Shown: positions 34,948-44,572 of the stretch, in pieces
Layout of the letters: each line of letters starts with the position of its first letter
Position numbering within the stretch: the first letter of the stretch is position 1
The notes under the pieces: generated by a model
Databases searched by the model: none
What the model was told of the DNA's origin: nothing
What the model saw: only the letters and a program-made list of their open reading frames with translations
Position numbers and translations under genes: made by a program
Assembly: GCA_004556545.1 (NCBI GenBank)
Contig: SFGO01000003.1
Span: forward strand, 5,121 to 69,120
Source: Clostridiales bacterium
GTDB taxonomy: Bacteria > Bacillota > Clostridia > Christensenellales > Aristaeellaceae
Length of the DNA: 64,000 nt
Reading direction: 5' to 3'

Positions 34948-36552
34948 TTATTTTCCGGCTCCCTCGTTTCGCTGCCCCTTTCGGTAGTCCCGGGGCGATA
35001 CGCCCACCTGCTTTTTGAATTGATAGCTGAAATAATGGGGGTCGTTATAGCCCACCGCGTCGGAGATTTCCGAGGTGCGCAGATCGGTGGAAGCCAGCAG
35101 CTCCCGGGCTTTGGCTACCCGCTGGGCCGTCAGGTATTCGGTAAAGGTGATGCCCATTTCCTGAGAAAAAACGGTGCAGAAATGGTTGTTGCTCAGGGCT
35201 ACATGGGAGGCCACGTCCCGCAGGGTGATGTTGGGGTCCGCATAGTGGCGGGCAATATAATCCTGCGCCTGATGGATGACGCTGCGATACCGGGCGCTGC
35301 CGTTCCGATCCCGGAAGCGAATCGCCTGTTCCAGAATGCCCCGGCAAAGTGCCATGGCGTTCTCCGGGGAAAGCTGCTGGTTTTCGACCCGGAACGCGCT
35401 GGGGATGACCTCCTGAGGTACGCCGCCGTTTTCCTGAATCACCTTGGAGGCAGCCTTCACCGCCTCTACAAAGAAATAATGAATCATGATAATGGACTGG
35501 GAGGCGCTTTCTCCGGCCGTGCGCTCATAGGCGCTGAGGATGGAGCCTACTTCCTCTGCTGACGCGCAGCGCAGCTGATCGGTCAGATCAAAGCTGTCCA
35601 TCCGTTCCACGGACAGGCCGCTTAAATCGGTGCTGGAATAGTCCTGCGTGCTCATGATGCGGTGCGCGCCGTCCCGGGCCGCTTCGCCCCGGAGCCGTTC
35701 CAGAATGACCTGAGCGCTGAAGAGGGATTTGGGCACTTCCTTCAGAACGGCCACATCGTCGCCGATGGCGATCAGGATCGTCAGGTTCAGATTGCGCTCC
35801 ACCTCGTACTGCACCGCCTGAGCCAGACCGTAGGCCCGTTCCTCCAGATCCTGAGCGCTGTCCCCCAGTACCAGAAATACAAAGCCGCCCCAACCCCGGC
35901 AGAGCTGCACCGTCCCGCCGCTGCCTTCCGTCAGCTGTTCCAGCACCGTCTGCACAGGCAGCAGCGCCGTCTCGTTTTCTTCTTCCTTCCTGAAACCCAG
36001 CAGCATGACCAGATAGCGATTGGCCAGCAGATTGACCTGCAGCGTCCGGGCACTTTTGAGGATGCGCTCGTCGTTGGCGCCGCCGTAAAGCTCCACCAGC
36101 AGCTTTTCCATCTGAAAGCGGCTGGTGGAGGCCGCCTGCTGCCGGTAGGCCGACAGATCCGCCTGATGGCGCTGCTCTTCCCGAATCTGCCGGGCAATCC
36201 GCTGAAGGACGTCCAGCAGATCCCGGCTGCTGACGGGCTTCAGCAGATATTCCTTCACGTTGAGCGAGATGGCCTCCCGGGCATAGGAAAAATCGTCGTA
36301 GCCGCTGAGAATGACGGTATGAACCCAGGGCATGGAGCGGGATACCTGACGGCACAGCTCCAGTCCGTCCATAAAGGGCATGCGGATATCCGTAATCAGA
36401 ATATCCGGCTTCACGTCCTGAAGCATGTTCAGGGCGATTTCCCCGTCGGGCGCTTCTCCCGCCAGTACGAATTCCGTCTGCTCCCAAGGAAAATTGGTGC
36501 GGATTCCCTCCCGTACGACGATTTCATCATCCACCAGAAACACCTTAAACAT
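34948..36552 (-). CDS. response regulator with an AraC-type output domain (YesN-like)
   Basis: MFKVFLVDDEIVVREG...DILITDIRMPFMDGLEL...LKP forms a receiver domain. The C-terminal AraC HTH is ...LSNNHFCTVFSQEMGITFTEYLTAQRVAKARELL...GYNDPHYFSYQFKKQVGVSPRDYR. The ATG overlaps the kinase stop by 8 nt. Confidence 0.9.
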   Translation of the reverse strand: MFKVFLVDDEIVVREGIRTNFPWEQTEFVLAGEAPDGEIALNMLQDVKPDILITDIRMPFMDGLELCRQVSRSMPWVHTVILSGYDDFSYAREAISLNVKEYLLKPVSSRDLLDVLQRIARQIREEQRHQADLSAYRQQAASTSRFQMEKLLVELYGGANDERILKSARTLQVNLLANRYLVMLLGFRKEEENETALLPVQTVLEQLTEGSGGTVQLCRGWGGFVFLVLGDSAQDLEERAYGLAQAVQYEVERNLNLTILIAIGDDVAVLKEVPKSLFSAQVILERLRGEAARDGAHRIMSTQDYSSTDLSGLSVERMDSFDLTDQLRCASAEEVGSILSAYERTAGESASQSIIMIHYFFVEAVKAASKVIQENGGVPQEVIPSAFRVENQQLSPENAMALCRGILEQAIRFRDRNGSARYRSVIHQAQDYIARHYADPNITLRDVASHVALSNNHFCTVFSQEMGITFTEYLTAQRVAKARELLASTDLRTSEISDAVGYNDPHYFSYQFKKQVGVSPRDYRKGQRNEGAGK

Positions 36553-38002
36553 GGCCCGTCCTCCTGACCGGCACCCGGAAGGAAACCACGGTTCCCCCTG
36601 CCGGATCGCTTTCAATGTGCAGCCCGTCCGGCTGATTGTAGTACAGCTTGATGCGCTTGTTGACGTTGAACAGCCCATAACCGGCGCTGCCCTGCCCGTC
36701 GCCTTTCAGCCCCCGGCGCACCTGTTCCAGATGCTCCGGCGTCATCCCCGCGCCGTCGTCCTTCACGCTGAAATGAAGCCATTTGTTTTCCTCCCACACG
36801 GAAATGCGGACCGTTCCCTTTCCCCGGCGGTTTTTGATGCCGTGGTACAGGGCGTTTTCCACCAGAGGCTGCAGAAGCAGCTTCAAAACCTCCTGAGGAT
36901 ACAATTCCTCCGGAATATCGATTACATAATTGAGAATGTCCCGGTAACGCACCTTGAGAATGGTCAGGTAGCCGGTCAGATGGCGCACCTCATCGGCCAG
37001 CGTGATCCAGTCCTTCCCCTGACTTAAAGAAATTCGGAAAAAATCAGACAACGCCCGGGTGATGGCGATGACCTCGTCGGACTCGTCCGACTCCGCCAGC
37101 CAGATAATCGCGTCCAGCGTATTATAAAGAAAATGCGGGTTGATCTGCGACTGAAGGGCGCGAAGTTCGCTCTTTTTCAGGTTTTCCTGCTCCCGGCGGT
37201 TTTCGTCGATCAAATCCTGAAGACGGCCCGCCATCGTATTCAGGCTTTCCGTCAGGTCGTGCAGCTCCTTCACCTGCGTTTCCGGGGCGCGCGCGTCCAA
37301 ATCGCCTCCCGCCAGCGCCCCGGCGAAGGTTTCCAGCTGAGCGATGGGTTTATGAATGGCCTGAGCCAGCGAACGCTGGGCCTGAACGGCAAACAGCAGC
37401 GTCAGCCCCAGTAAAAGCAGCAGCGCCGCCACGACCGCCGTCAGCGTATGGTTCAGATACCGGCTGGTCAGAGCGGCGGCGCTGATTTCCGCGTCCGCGT
37501 ATTCCTCCAGCATTTCTCCCACCAGCGCGGAAACGTTGCGCACCTCCTCCCAGAGCGCTTCGCTCTGGGCCACGGGCTGCTCGGTTCGCATCAGCTCGCC
37601 GATACTGTCCACATACTGCCGCAGCGTATGCATGCTGCGCCGCGCCACCAGCAGCTCCTTCTGGCTGTCCTGCTGGGCGGAACGGGCCAGCGCGTCGATT
37701 TCCTCCTGAATGGAGTCCATCAGGGCGTATTGGCTGCCTTCCTCAAAGGTGATGTGGCCCGCCACGATATACCAAACCTCCCGGGGAATCTCCTGCCGAA
37801 CGATGGGCTTCAGGGCGGATACCCGCTCCACCCGCTGAATGACCCCGTGATAGCTGCGGGAATAGACCGCCATCATGCTGACGCTGACCAGCGCGGGAAT
37901 GACCAAAAGGCCGATGAGAATCAAAAAAGAGATTTTCAGCCGCTGAATAATGCTGCTGTTATTGTTCAAACGAGACAGCGCGCGTTCCATAAACTTCTGC
38001 AT
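36545..38002 (-). CDS. sensor histidine kinase, LytS/YesM type
   Basis: Two TM segments, a HAMP region, the His_kinase motif LRALQSQINPHFLYNTLD and an HATPase N-box LLLQPLVENALYHG. The start MQKF is at 38002, 1 nt after the upstream stop. Confidence 0.9.
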   Translation of the reverse strand: MQKFMERALSRLNNNSSIIQRLKISFLILIGLLVIPALVSVSMMAVYSRSYHGVIQRVERVSALKPIVRQEIPREVWYIVAGHITFEEGSQYALMDSIQEEIDALARSAQQDSQKELLVARRSMHTLRQYVDSIGELMRTEQPVAQSEALWEEVRNVSALVGEMLEEYADAEISAAALTSRYLNHTLTAVVAALLLLLGLTLLFAVQAQRSLAQAIHKPIAQLETFAGALAGGDLDARAPETQVKELHDLTESLNTMAGRLQDLIDENRREQENLKKSELRALQSQINPHFLYNTLDAIIWLAESDESDEVIAITRALSDFFRISLSQGKDWITLADEVRHLTGYLTILKVRYRDILNYVIDIPEELYPQEVLKLLLQPLVENALYHGIKNRRGKGTVRISVWEENKWLHFSVKDDGAGMTPEHLEQVRRGLKGDGQGSAGYGLFNVNKRIKLYYNQPDGLHIESDPAGGTVVSFRVPVRRTGHV

Positions 38003-38003
38003 T

Positions 38004-38984
38004 TCAGTATCCTCTTGGAAGAAGCGAGTCCAAATCGCTGTCAAATTCCGAAAAAACCCGTTCCTGCGGATGCGTCACCCTTGGAATTTCCTCCCCGGCG
38101 GCCAGCCGCTTGCTCAGCTCCATGATCGTATCCCCGATCATGGGGGTGCATTCCACCACGCAGTTGATCTGCCCCTTGCGAAGCGCGTCTATGGCGGCCT
38201 GCTCGCCGTCTACGGAAATAATCACGATGTCTTTTCCCGGCTGAAGCCCCGTCTCCTCGATGGCGGTGATCGCCCCCAGCGCCATGGCGTCGTTATGGGC
38301 GTACAGCACGTCGATCCGTTCGCAGGTTTCCAGCAGCTCCTTCATGCATTCCCGGCCCTTTGTGCGCAGAAAATCCCCGGAAACGCTTTGAATGATCTGC
38401 AATTCCGGATGCCCCTCGAGCGCCGCCCGGAAGCCCTCGCCCCGCTGGCACATCGGCGTGGAATCGATGGTGCCGGACAGCTCCACGATGCGCACGTCCG
38501 TCTGGCCTTTCATTTTTTGCAGCAGAAATTCTCCCGCGCTGACGCCCTCCTGAAAAAAATCCGACCCGATAAAGCCTGCGTACAGGCTTTCGTCCTCAGT
38601 ACGGATCATGCGGTCGGTCAGCAATACGGGGATCCCCGCCTCCTTCGCCTCCCGGAGCACATTGTCCCAGCCCGTCTCCACCTTGGGCGAGAAGGCGATC
38701 ACGTCCACCTGATAGGCGATAAAGGAACGGATGTGCTTGATCTGCTCCGCCTGCTTCTGATTCGCGTCCAGATACATCAGCGCCACGCCGGCTTTTTCCG
38801 CGGCCTCCTGAATGGAACGGGTATTGCCCAGCCGCCAGGCGCTTTCCGCGCCCAACTGTGAAAAGCCCAACAGCAGCGCGGGCGAAGCGGACGCTGGCGC
38901 ATCGTCGGGCCGGGAAGCGGTACAGCCGCACAAAACCATCGGTATCAGTAGAAGCACAGCCGCCAGACGAAACGTTTTTTTCAT
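38004..38984 (-). CDS. lipoprotein sugar-binding protein (YtfQ-like paralogue), sensor partner of the two-component system
   Basis: Lipobox MVLCGC in MKKTFRLAAVLLLIPMVLCGCTA. GFSQLGAESAWRLGNT...QKQAEQIKHIRSFIAYQVDVIAF parallels the transporter SBP at 33791-34777. Confidence 0.8.
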   Translation of the reverse strand: MKKTFRLAAVLLLIPMVLCGCTASRPDDAPASASPALLLGFSQLGAESAWRLGNTRSIQEAAEKAGVALMYLDANQKQAEQIKHIRSFIAYQVDVIAFSPKVETGWDNVLREAKEAGIPVLLTDRMIRTEDESLYAGFIGSDFFQEGVSAGEFLLQKMKGQTDVRIVELSGTIDSTPMCQRGEGFRAALEGHPELQIIQSVSGDFLRTKGRECMKELLETCERIDVLYAHNDAMALGAITAIEETGLQPGKDIVIISVDGEQAAIDALRKGQINCVVECTPMIGDTIMELSKRLAAGEEIPRVTHPQERVFSEFDSDLDSLLPRGY

Positions 38985-39235
38985 GGCCGGGATCAACGTC
39001 CTTTCCTGAGGTCCTTTTCGGAAAAAGCAAACCGATTTATCTTTTTTGCGCGTGGAATTTGCTTTTATTATAACGAATCTCCGCCGCCTGCGCAAGAAAA
39101 TTTCGCAGCAATGCAAAAATGACGCTGTTTATATCGAAATTGGCAAGACGACGGTTCGATTCGATAGGCGTTTGCTTTGGCAGCGCCGTGCCGTTTTCCG
39201 CACAGCACTCGTTTTTCTTCTTCTTGACCGTTCGT

Positions 39236-39265
39236 TTGCGAAACCTTCTCCGGATGTGATATAAT
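39236..39265 (+). promoter_or_regulatory. extended -10 promoter upstream of the acyltransferase-3 gene
   Basis: TTGCGA, 18-nt spacer ending in TGA, TATAAT (39260-39265). Confidence 0.45.
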
Positions 39266-39320
39266 AAAGAATCTTTTTACCGTTGCATAAGGCAAAACGG
39301 GAAATGGGGGAGCGGAACCG

Positions 39321-39401
39321 ATGAGCAAGTGGGAAGAAAAGCTGCGGCGCGTGCTTTTGCTTCAGCGCCCGAAAACGATGGAAAAGGAGCCTGCACTATG
39401 A
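39321..39401 (+). CDS. possible 26-codon upstream ORF coupled to the acyltransferase gene
   Basis: ATG 39321 lies 8 nt after GGGGGAG. It encodes MSKWEEKLRRVLLLQRPKTMEKEPAL. Its TGA overlaps the downstream ATG (ATGA at 39398-39401). No homology can be judged. Confidence 0.2.
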   Translation: MSKWEEKLRRVLLLQRPKTMEKEPAL

Positions 39402-40465
39402 CGAATGCAACCGGGGAAACGAAAGGCCGCGTGGCATTTCTGGATTTTCTGCGGATTCTGGCGGCGTTTTTCGTGATTGTCAACCATACCAACAGCGGTG
39501 TTTTTTTGGAGCGCACGCCTGCGGAGCTGCAATGGCATCTGAGCCTGCTCTGGTACTATACCAGCAAGACGGCTGTGCCCATTTTTATGATGATTTCCGG
39601 CGCATGTCTGCTGGGCAAGCGGGACAGCTATGGGAAGATTGGGCGGCGCATCCTGCGGACGGTGCTGGCGCTGGTGCTGGCGTCCTATCTGTATTTCCTG
39701 ATGAAAGCATGGGTGTATTTCGGCCTGTGGCCCCGGGCGGTGAACTTCGGCGCACTGTTTGGCCAGATCTGGCGGGGAGAAATCACCAACGGCTTCTGGT
39801 ATCTGCCGCTGTATCTGGGCCTCCTGCTGACCCTGCCGCTGTGGCAGAGGATGGCTTCCGCCATGGAAAAGCGGGATTATGAGTACCTGATGGCCCTGAC
39901 CTTTACTGTGGGCGCGGCATGGCCGCTTCTGAGCCATTATGTACCCGCACTGAACATGCCGAAATACTTCGGCCAGATGATCCCTTGCTCCTATCTGGGC
40001 CTGTTCTTTGCGGGGAAGTATTTCGTACAATACCGGGAACCCCGCCGGAATTCCGTCCTGATTTCCGCCCTTTTACTGGTGCTTTCGCTGGCAGTCTGCT
40101 GGGCGCTGACCCGGCTGGAATTCGACCGGGTGGAGCCCGGACAGCAGTACTGGTTCATGGACGAGCGGACGACCCCCGCGCTGCCGGTGATCACCGCGTC
40201 GCTTTCGCTGTTCTGGCTGGCGCGCTGCGCCTTTGGCGCCCGCCGGAGCGGAAGGCTGCTGGCGGAGCTGGGCGGCTGCGCCTTCGGCATTTATCTGTTA
40301 CAGGATCTGGTGATCGCTGAAAGTAAAAAACGTGTCTTCATGCCCCTGTGCGAGAAATTGCCCGCATTCGGCGCGGCGCTTTGCTGGGAGGTCATCGTGT
40401 TCGCCGCCGCGCTGGCGGGCGCGTGGATCCTTAGGCGCGTTCCGGGCGTGAAACGCATCTTGTAA
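39398..40465 (+). CDS. acyltransferase family 3 (membrane O-acyltransferase)
   Basis: ATG 39398 lies 8 nt after AAGGAG. The N-terminus FLDFLRILAAFFVIVNHT is the Acyl_transf_3 signature. About 10 TM segments, 355 aa. Confidence 0.8.
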   Translation: MTNATGETKGRVAFLDFLRILAAFFVIVNHTNSGVFLERTPAELQWHLSLLWYYTSKTAVPIFMMISGACLLGKRDSYGKIGRRILRTVLALVLASYLYFLMKAWVYFGLWPRAVNFGALFGQIWRGEITNGFWYLPLYLGLLLTLPLWQRMASAMEKRDYEYLMALTFTVGAAWPLLSHYVPALNMPKYFGQMIPCSYLGLFFAGKYFVQYREPRRNSVLISALLLVLSLAVCWALTRLEFDRVEPGQQYWFMDERTTPALPVITASLSLFWLARCAFGARRSGRLLAELGGCAFGIYLLQDLVIAESKKRVFMPLCEKLPAFGAALCWEVIVFAAALAGAWILRRVPGVKRIL

Positions 40466-40634
40466 TAGCGGTGAATCGTGGTATACTGAAAGCTGCATTT
40501 TCGCGGCGCGGGAGCAAACGCCTTTTCGTTTGACTGCCGCCGAAAATGACAGGAATGAATCGGCACAAAATGGGAAACCTTTTTTTGAAAGATTTTGGGC
40601 CTGTTCCTTCAGCAAGCAACAAGGAGTCTGAAAG

Positions 40635-41750
40635 ATGCTGCGCAACAATGTGGTTACGGTGGATCTGGGAAAGATCCGCCAGAATTACCTTTTGCAAAAG
40701 AGCCTGCTGCCGAGAAATACGGAAATCATGCCGGTCGTCAAGGCCGACGCCTACGGTCACGGCATGACGCAGGTGGCGACCGCCCTGCACTCCATGGGCG
40801 CGAAGCACTTCGCCACGGCGCTGGCGGAGGAAGGCGTGGAGCTGCGGGAGGCCGGTATTTCCGGCGAAATCCTGGTGCTGGGGCCCGCCATGGAGGAAGC
40901 AGCGGAGGAATGCGTCCGCCACGAGCTGACGCAGACGGTCTTTACCCCGGAAATGGTGGAAACGCTGGAAAAAGAAGCCGAGAAGCAGCAGCGGGATGCG
41001 CTGATCCATATCAAGCTGGATACCGGCATGGGGCGGATCGGCCTGCGGACCTTTCAGGAGGCGGAAAAGCTGGCGGAGGCGCTGACCCATGCGCCCCATG
41101 TGAAAGCCACCGGCATCTACACCCATTTCTGTCTGGCGGACGAGCAGCTGGAAAACGGCGGCATCAACGCCTTTACCCGGCAGCAGCTGGCCCGGTTCCG
41201 GGAACTGCGCTCCTGCTTTGACCCGGCCATTCCGGCTCATGTGTCCAACAGCGCCATGGGGCTGCTGATGCCCGAAGGAAACTTCGCCATGGTGCGGCAG
41301 GGAATCTCCCTTTACGGCTATCCGCCCGTTCCCACGGAGCTGCCCTTTGAACCGGCGCTGAGCTGGGATACGGAGGTTTCCTGCATCAAGACCATTCACG
41401 CGGGCGATCCGGTGGGATACGGCTGCACCTTTGTGGCCGAGAAGGATACCCGGGTGGCCACCGTGGCCGTTGGCTACGGCGACGGCTATCACCGGGCGGT
41501 CGGCGGCAGGGGCTTCATGCTGGTGGACGGCAGACGCTGCCCCATTCTGGGCCGTGTCTGCATGGATCAGACCATGATCGATGTGACGGATGTGCCCGGC
41601 GTGAAGCTGGGCGACCGGGTCACGCTGATCGGCGAGCAGCAGGGCCAGCGCATCACGGCGGAAGAACTGGCGGAGTGGGCCGGAACCATCGGCTACGAGG
41701 TGTTGCTGAGCATCACCCGGCGCGTTCATCGGATCTGGCTGCACGCCTGA
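40635..41750 (+). CDS. alr: alanine racemase
   Basis: PLP-lysine motif PVVKADAYGHG, plus ...YGYP... and GYGDGY motifs. 371 aa. AAGGAG RBS. Confidence 0.9.
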   Translation: MLRNNVVTVDLGKIRQNYLLQKSLLPRNTEIMPVVKADAYGHGMTQVATALHSMGAKHFATALAEEGVELREAGISGEILVLGPAMEEAAEECVRHELTQTVFTPEMVETLEKEAEKQQRDALIHIKLDTGMGRIGLRTFQEAEKLAEALTHAPHVKATGIYTHFCLADEQLENGGINAFTRQQLARFRELRSCFDPAIPAHVSNSAMGLLMPEGNFAMVRQGISLYGYPPVPTELPFEPALSWDTEVSCIKTIHAGDPVGYGCTFVAEKDTRVATVAVGYGDGYHRAVGGRGFMLVDGRRCPILGRVCMDQTMIDVTDVPGVKLGDRVTLIGEQQGQRITAEELAEWAGTIGYEVLLSITRRVHRIWLHA

Positions 41751-41845
41751 ACAAAGGATCTTTTTTAGACAGGATAGAGAAAGGGTCATAAGAAAAACGA
41801 GAGAAACCCCGGCTGCTTTGGCCGGGAAGGAAAGGACGGAAGAAT

Positions 41846-42652
41846 ATGGCGGCGAAACAACCCAAGGTGGAACCGGTCAAAAAGCCCTATCTGAAAGGCT
41901 CCTTCTGCGGAAAGGACGCATGGAAAACCGTGCCGAAGCGCTTTGCAGGCATGCTGATGATCTGCTTCGTTTATGCGATCGCGTCCATGATTATGAACTT
42001 TGACAGCCTGGCAGGCCGGATCATTGTAGGCGTGCTCATTGTGGGTATCGCGCTGTACTACGTATTTGCCAAGGGCGTGGAGCAGGGCACCGGCGATGTG
42101 GGCTACGGCGAAATGATGTACGCCCGCCAGCAGGAGGGCAAGACCATTGCCAAGCTGGATAGCGACCGCTGCTATCATCCGCTGAAGGGCTTCTTCGAGG
42201 CCTTGCTGGGCGCGCTGCCCTACGTGCTGGTGGCGCTGGTGTTCGCCGTGCTGACCAAGCCCACGGTCTATTCGCTGGGCGGTCTGCCCTCGTGGACGCA
42301 GGAAATGATGCTGCAGGATGAATTCGGCGACGCGCTGCGCTACTATCAGGAGACCCACGGCATGACGGCGCTGGAGATTTTGCGGATCATCGTCCGGATC
42401 ATGTGCATGCCCATGATGAGCGTGGCAACCTATCTGGGCACGGACGCGGCGCTGCTGGCCGAACGCCTGAGCCCGCTGTTCCTGCTGCTGCCCGCCGCCG
42501 CTTACGGCATTGGCTATCTGCAGGGCCCGGCGCAGCGCGAGCGCATCAATACCGGCATCAAAATCGGCGTAAGCAAGAAGCAGCGCAAGCAGCAGCGGGA
42601 AAAGAAAGCCCGCAAAAAGGCCGGCGCCAAAACGCCGGAAAGGCTGATCTGA
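41846..42652 (+). CDS. hypothetical membrane protein with a lysine-rich C-terminal tail
   Basis: 268 aa with 4-5 hydrophobic helices. The tail is SKKQRKQQREKKARKKAGAKTPERLI. No motif is recognised. Confidence 0.55.
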   Translation: MAAKQPKVEPVKKPYLKGSFCGKDAWKTVPKRFAGMLMICFVYAIASMIMNFDSLAGRIIVGVLIVGIALYYVFAKGVEQGTGDVGYGEMMYARQQEGKTIAKLDSDRCYHPLKGFFEALLGALPYVLVALVFAVLTKPTVYSLGGLPSWTQEMMLQDEFGDALRYYQETHGMTALEILRIIVRIMCMPMMSVATYLGTDAALLAERLSPLFLLLPAAAYGIGYLQGPAQRERINTGIKIGVSKKQRKQQREKKARKKAGAKTPERLI

Positions 42653-42655
42653 CCC

Positions 42656-43228
42656 ATGAGAATCATTGCGGGAAGCGCCCGGGGAACGCCCCTGCTGGCT
42701 CCCCGGGGGATGGATACCCGGCCCACGCAGGATCAGGTGAAGGAATCTCTGTTCAACATGCTGCAGGGCGCATGGGAAGGCGGCGCGGCGCTGGATCTTT
42801 TCGCGGGAAGCGGCGCGTTGGGGCTCGAAGCCGTCAGCCGGGGCGCGGAGCTTGCGGTGTTGGTGGATCAGTCTAAAGAAGCGGCTCAATGCATCCGGCG
42901 CAATATCGAAAAGCTGCGCTGTCAGGCTAAGGTGGAGCTGCTCAACTGCGACTGGAAGCAGGCGGTCTCCAAGCTGGCCCGGGAGGGCCGCCGCTTTGAA
43001 CTGGTGTTTCTGGATCCCCCCTATCGGATGGACGATCTGGGCCCGCTGTGCGGCGAGCTGGCAGCGGCCGGGCTTCTGGCCTCCGAGGCGATCATCGTCT
43101 GGGAGCGCCGCACCGGTACGGAAAAAACGCTGCCTTCGGCCTTTGCGCTCTTCAAACAGCGCGCCTACGGAGACACGGAAATGCTGCTATACCGTTACGA
43201 GGGCTACGCGAAGGGGGAAAACGTGTGA
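42656..43228 (+). CDS. rsmD: 16S rRNA (guanine966-N2)-methyltransferase RsmD
   Basis: MRIIAGSARG..L.....TRPT.D.VKESLFN, the SAM motif LDLFAGSGALGLEAVSRGA and the catalytic DPPY. 190 aa. Confidence 0.9.
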   Translation: MRIIAGSARGTPLLAPRGMDTRPTQDQVKESLFNMLQGAWEGGAALDLFAGSGALGLEAVSRGAELAVLVDQSKEAAQCIRRNIEKLRCQAKVELLNCDWKQAVSKLAREGRRFELVFLDPPYRMDDLGPLCGELAAAGLLASEAIIVWERRTGTEKTLPSAFALFKQRAYGDTEMLLYRYEGYAKGENV

Positions 43229-43710
43229 AGGGACGCTGCGTTTATCCGGGCAGCTTTGATCCGCCCACGAAGGGGCATCTGGATCTGATCGAGCGGGGAG
43301 CGAACCTTTTTCCCGAGCTGATCGTGGCCGTGCTTCAGAACCCGGCGAAGAAGAACGCTTTCACCGTGGAGGAACGGGTCGAAATGCTGCGCCGCGCCTG
43401 CGCCCATCTGCCCAACGTGCGGGTGGATGCTTTCGGCGGCCTGCTGGTGGACTATCTGCGTCAGGCCGGGGCCGAGACCGTCCTGCGGGGCGTGCGCACG
43501 GTCAGCGACTTTGAAACGGAATTCCAGATGGCGCAGATCAACCGCCGCCTGTCCCCGCAGGTGGAGACGGTGCTATTGCCCGCCAGCCCGGAGGAGGGCT
43601 TTGTCAGTTCCAGCGCTGTGCGGGAAATCGCCCATTTCGGCGGAGACATTGCGCCCTTTGTGCCTGCGGAAATTCTGGAGCATATCAAGGCCGGTCTGAG
43701 CCAAGACTGA
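43225..43710 (+). CDS. coaD: pantetheine-phosphate adenylyltransferase
   Basis: GTG start overlaps the rsmD stop (GTGTGA). YPGSFDPPTKGHLDLIERG, and the ...GLRAVSDFE-like LRGVRTVSDFETEFQMA. 161 aa. Confidence 0.9.
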   Translation: MKGRCVYPGSFDPPTKGHLDLIERGANLFPELIVAVLQNPAKKNAFTVEERVEMLRRACAHLPNVRVDAFGGLLVDYLRQAGAETVLRGVRTVSDFETEFQMAQINRRLSPQVETVLLPASPEEGFVSSSAVREIAHFGGDIAPFVPAEILEHIKAGLSQD

Positions 43711-43728
43711 CCATGGGAGGAAAGCAAA

Positions 43729-44361
43729 ATGCAGTCGGACGATATTTCGATTTTCAAACAAAACATGAGCGCGCTGGAGCAGCTGATCCTGCAGGCCAAG
43801 CGGGTTCCGCTGAGCGCCATGTGCATGGTGGATAAGGACAAAATGAGCCATCTTCTGGAAGCGCTGACGAAAGGAATGCCCACGGTTTTTGTGGAGTGCC
43901 AGGGCGTGATAGCAAACCAGAAATCCATTGTGGATGAGGCGGAAGCCCGGGCCGGGCAGATCAAGCAGACTGCCACGAATCAGGCCAGCAAGCTCTTGAA
44001 CGACGCGCAGGCGCAGGCCCAGAAGACGGTGGCCGCAGCCAACCAGCAGGCACAGGAAACGGTGAACAAGGCCGGTCAGCAGGCCAACGCCATGCTGCAG
44101 GAGGCGCAGGAACGGGCGCAGAACATGGTGCAGGACGCGGAACGCCGCGCCGCCCAGCTGGTCAGCCAGCAGGAGATCACCGCCCGGGCCAATATGGAGG
44201 CCGAGGAGCTGAAACAGTCCACCAAGGAAGAGATCGAGCGGCTCTATCACGATGTTTATCAGCACATTGACGAGGTGCTGGCCCAGCTGGACCGTACCAT
44301 CAGCGAAAAGCTGACCGATATCCGCATGACCCGCCAGCAGATTGACCAAAGCATCCGGTAA
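43729..44361 (+). CDS. hypothetical coiled-coil protein (Gln/Ala-rich, ATPase subunit b/H-like repeats)
   Basis: 210 aa. GGGAGG RBS. There is a long heptad-like region AEARAGQIKQTATNQASKLLNDAQAQAQKTVAAANQQAQETVNKAGQQANAMLQEAQERAQ. The function cannot be read from the sequence. Confidence 0.5.
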   Translation: MQSDDISIFKQNMSALEQLILQAKRVPLSAMCMVDKDKMSHLLEALTKGMPTVFVECQGVIANQKSIVDEAEARAGQIKQTATNQASKLLNDAQAQAQKTVAAANQQAQETVNKAGQQANAMLQEAQERAQNMVQDAERRAAQLVSQQEITARANMEAEELKQSTKEEIERLYHDVYQHIDEVLAQLDRTISEKLTDIRMTRQQIDQSIR

Positions 44362-44381
44362 GGCGGGAAATCCCTGCCTTT
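44360..44381 (+). terminator. hairpin (copy 1 of a repeated terminator-like unit) after the coiled-coil gene
   Basis: AAGGCGGG-aaatc-CCTGCCTT: an 8-bp stem with one G.U pair and a short T run. Confidence 0.4.
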
Positions 44382-44538
44382 CAGAGTGCCAAAAAAGTGG
44401 AGGTGCAGGAGGCACTGCCTCCTGCCGGGGTTATAGGGGCGGAGCCCCTAACTCTTGTGCCGCAGCACTTTTCCCGCAAACCAGCGTAGCGCTGTTTGCG
44501 GGCAACGGCGGCCAACTTTGGGTTTTTCGACAGACTGT

Positions 44539-44572
44539 AAGGCGGGAAACCCCCGCCTTTTCCCCTTCTTTT
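44539..44572 (+). terminator. intrinsic terminator (copy 2 of the repeated unit)
   Basis: AAGGCGGG-aaacc-CCCGCCTT followed by TTCCCCTTCTTTT. Confidence 0.6.

Noticed and set aside
40431-41789. 452-aa minus-strand ORF antisense to alr
   Set aside because: Shadow ORF. The plus frame has the alanine racemase PLP motif.
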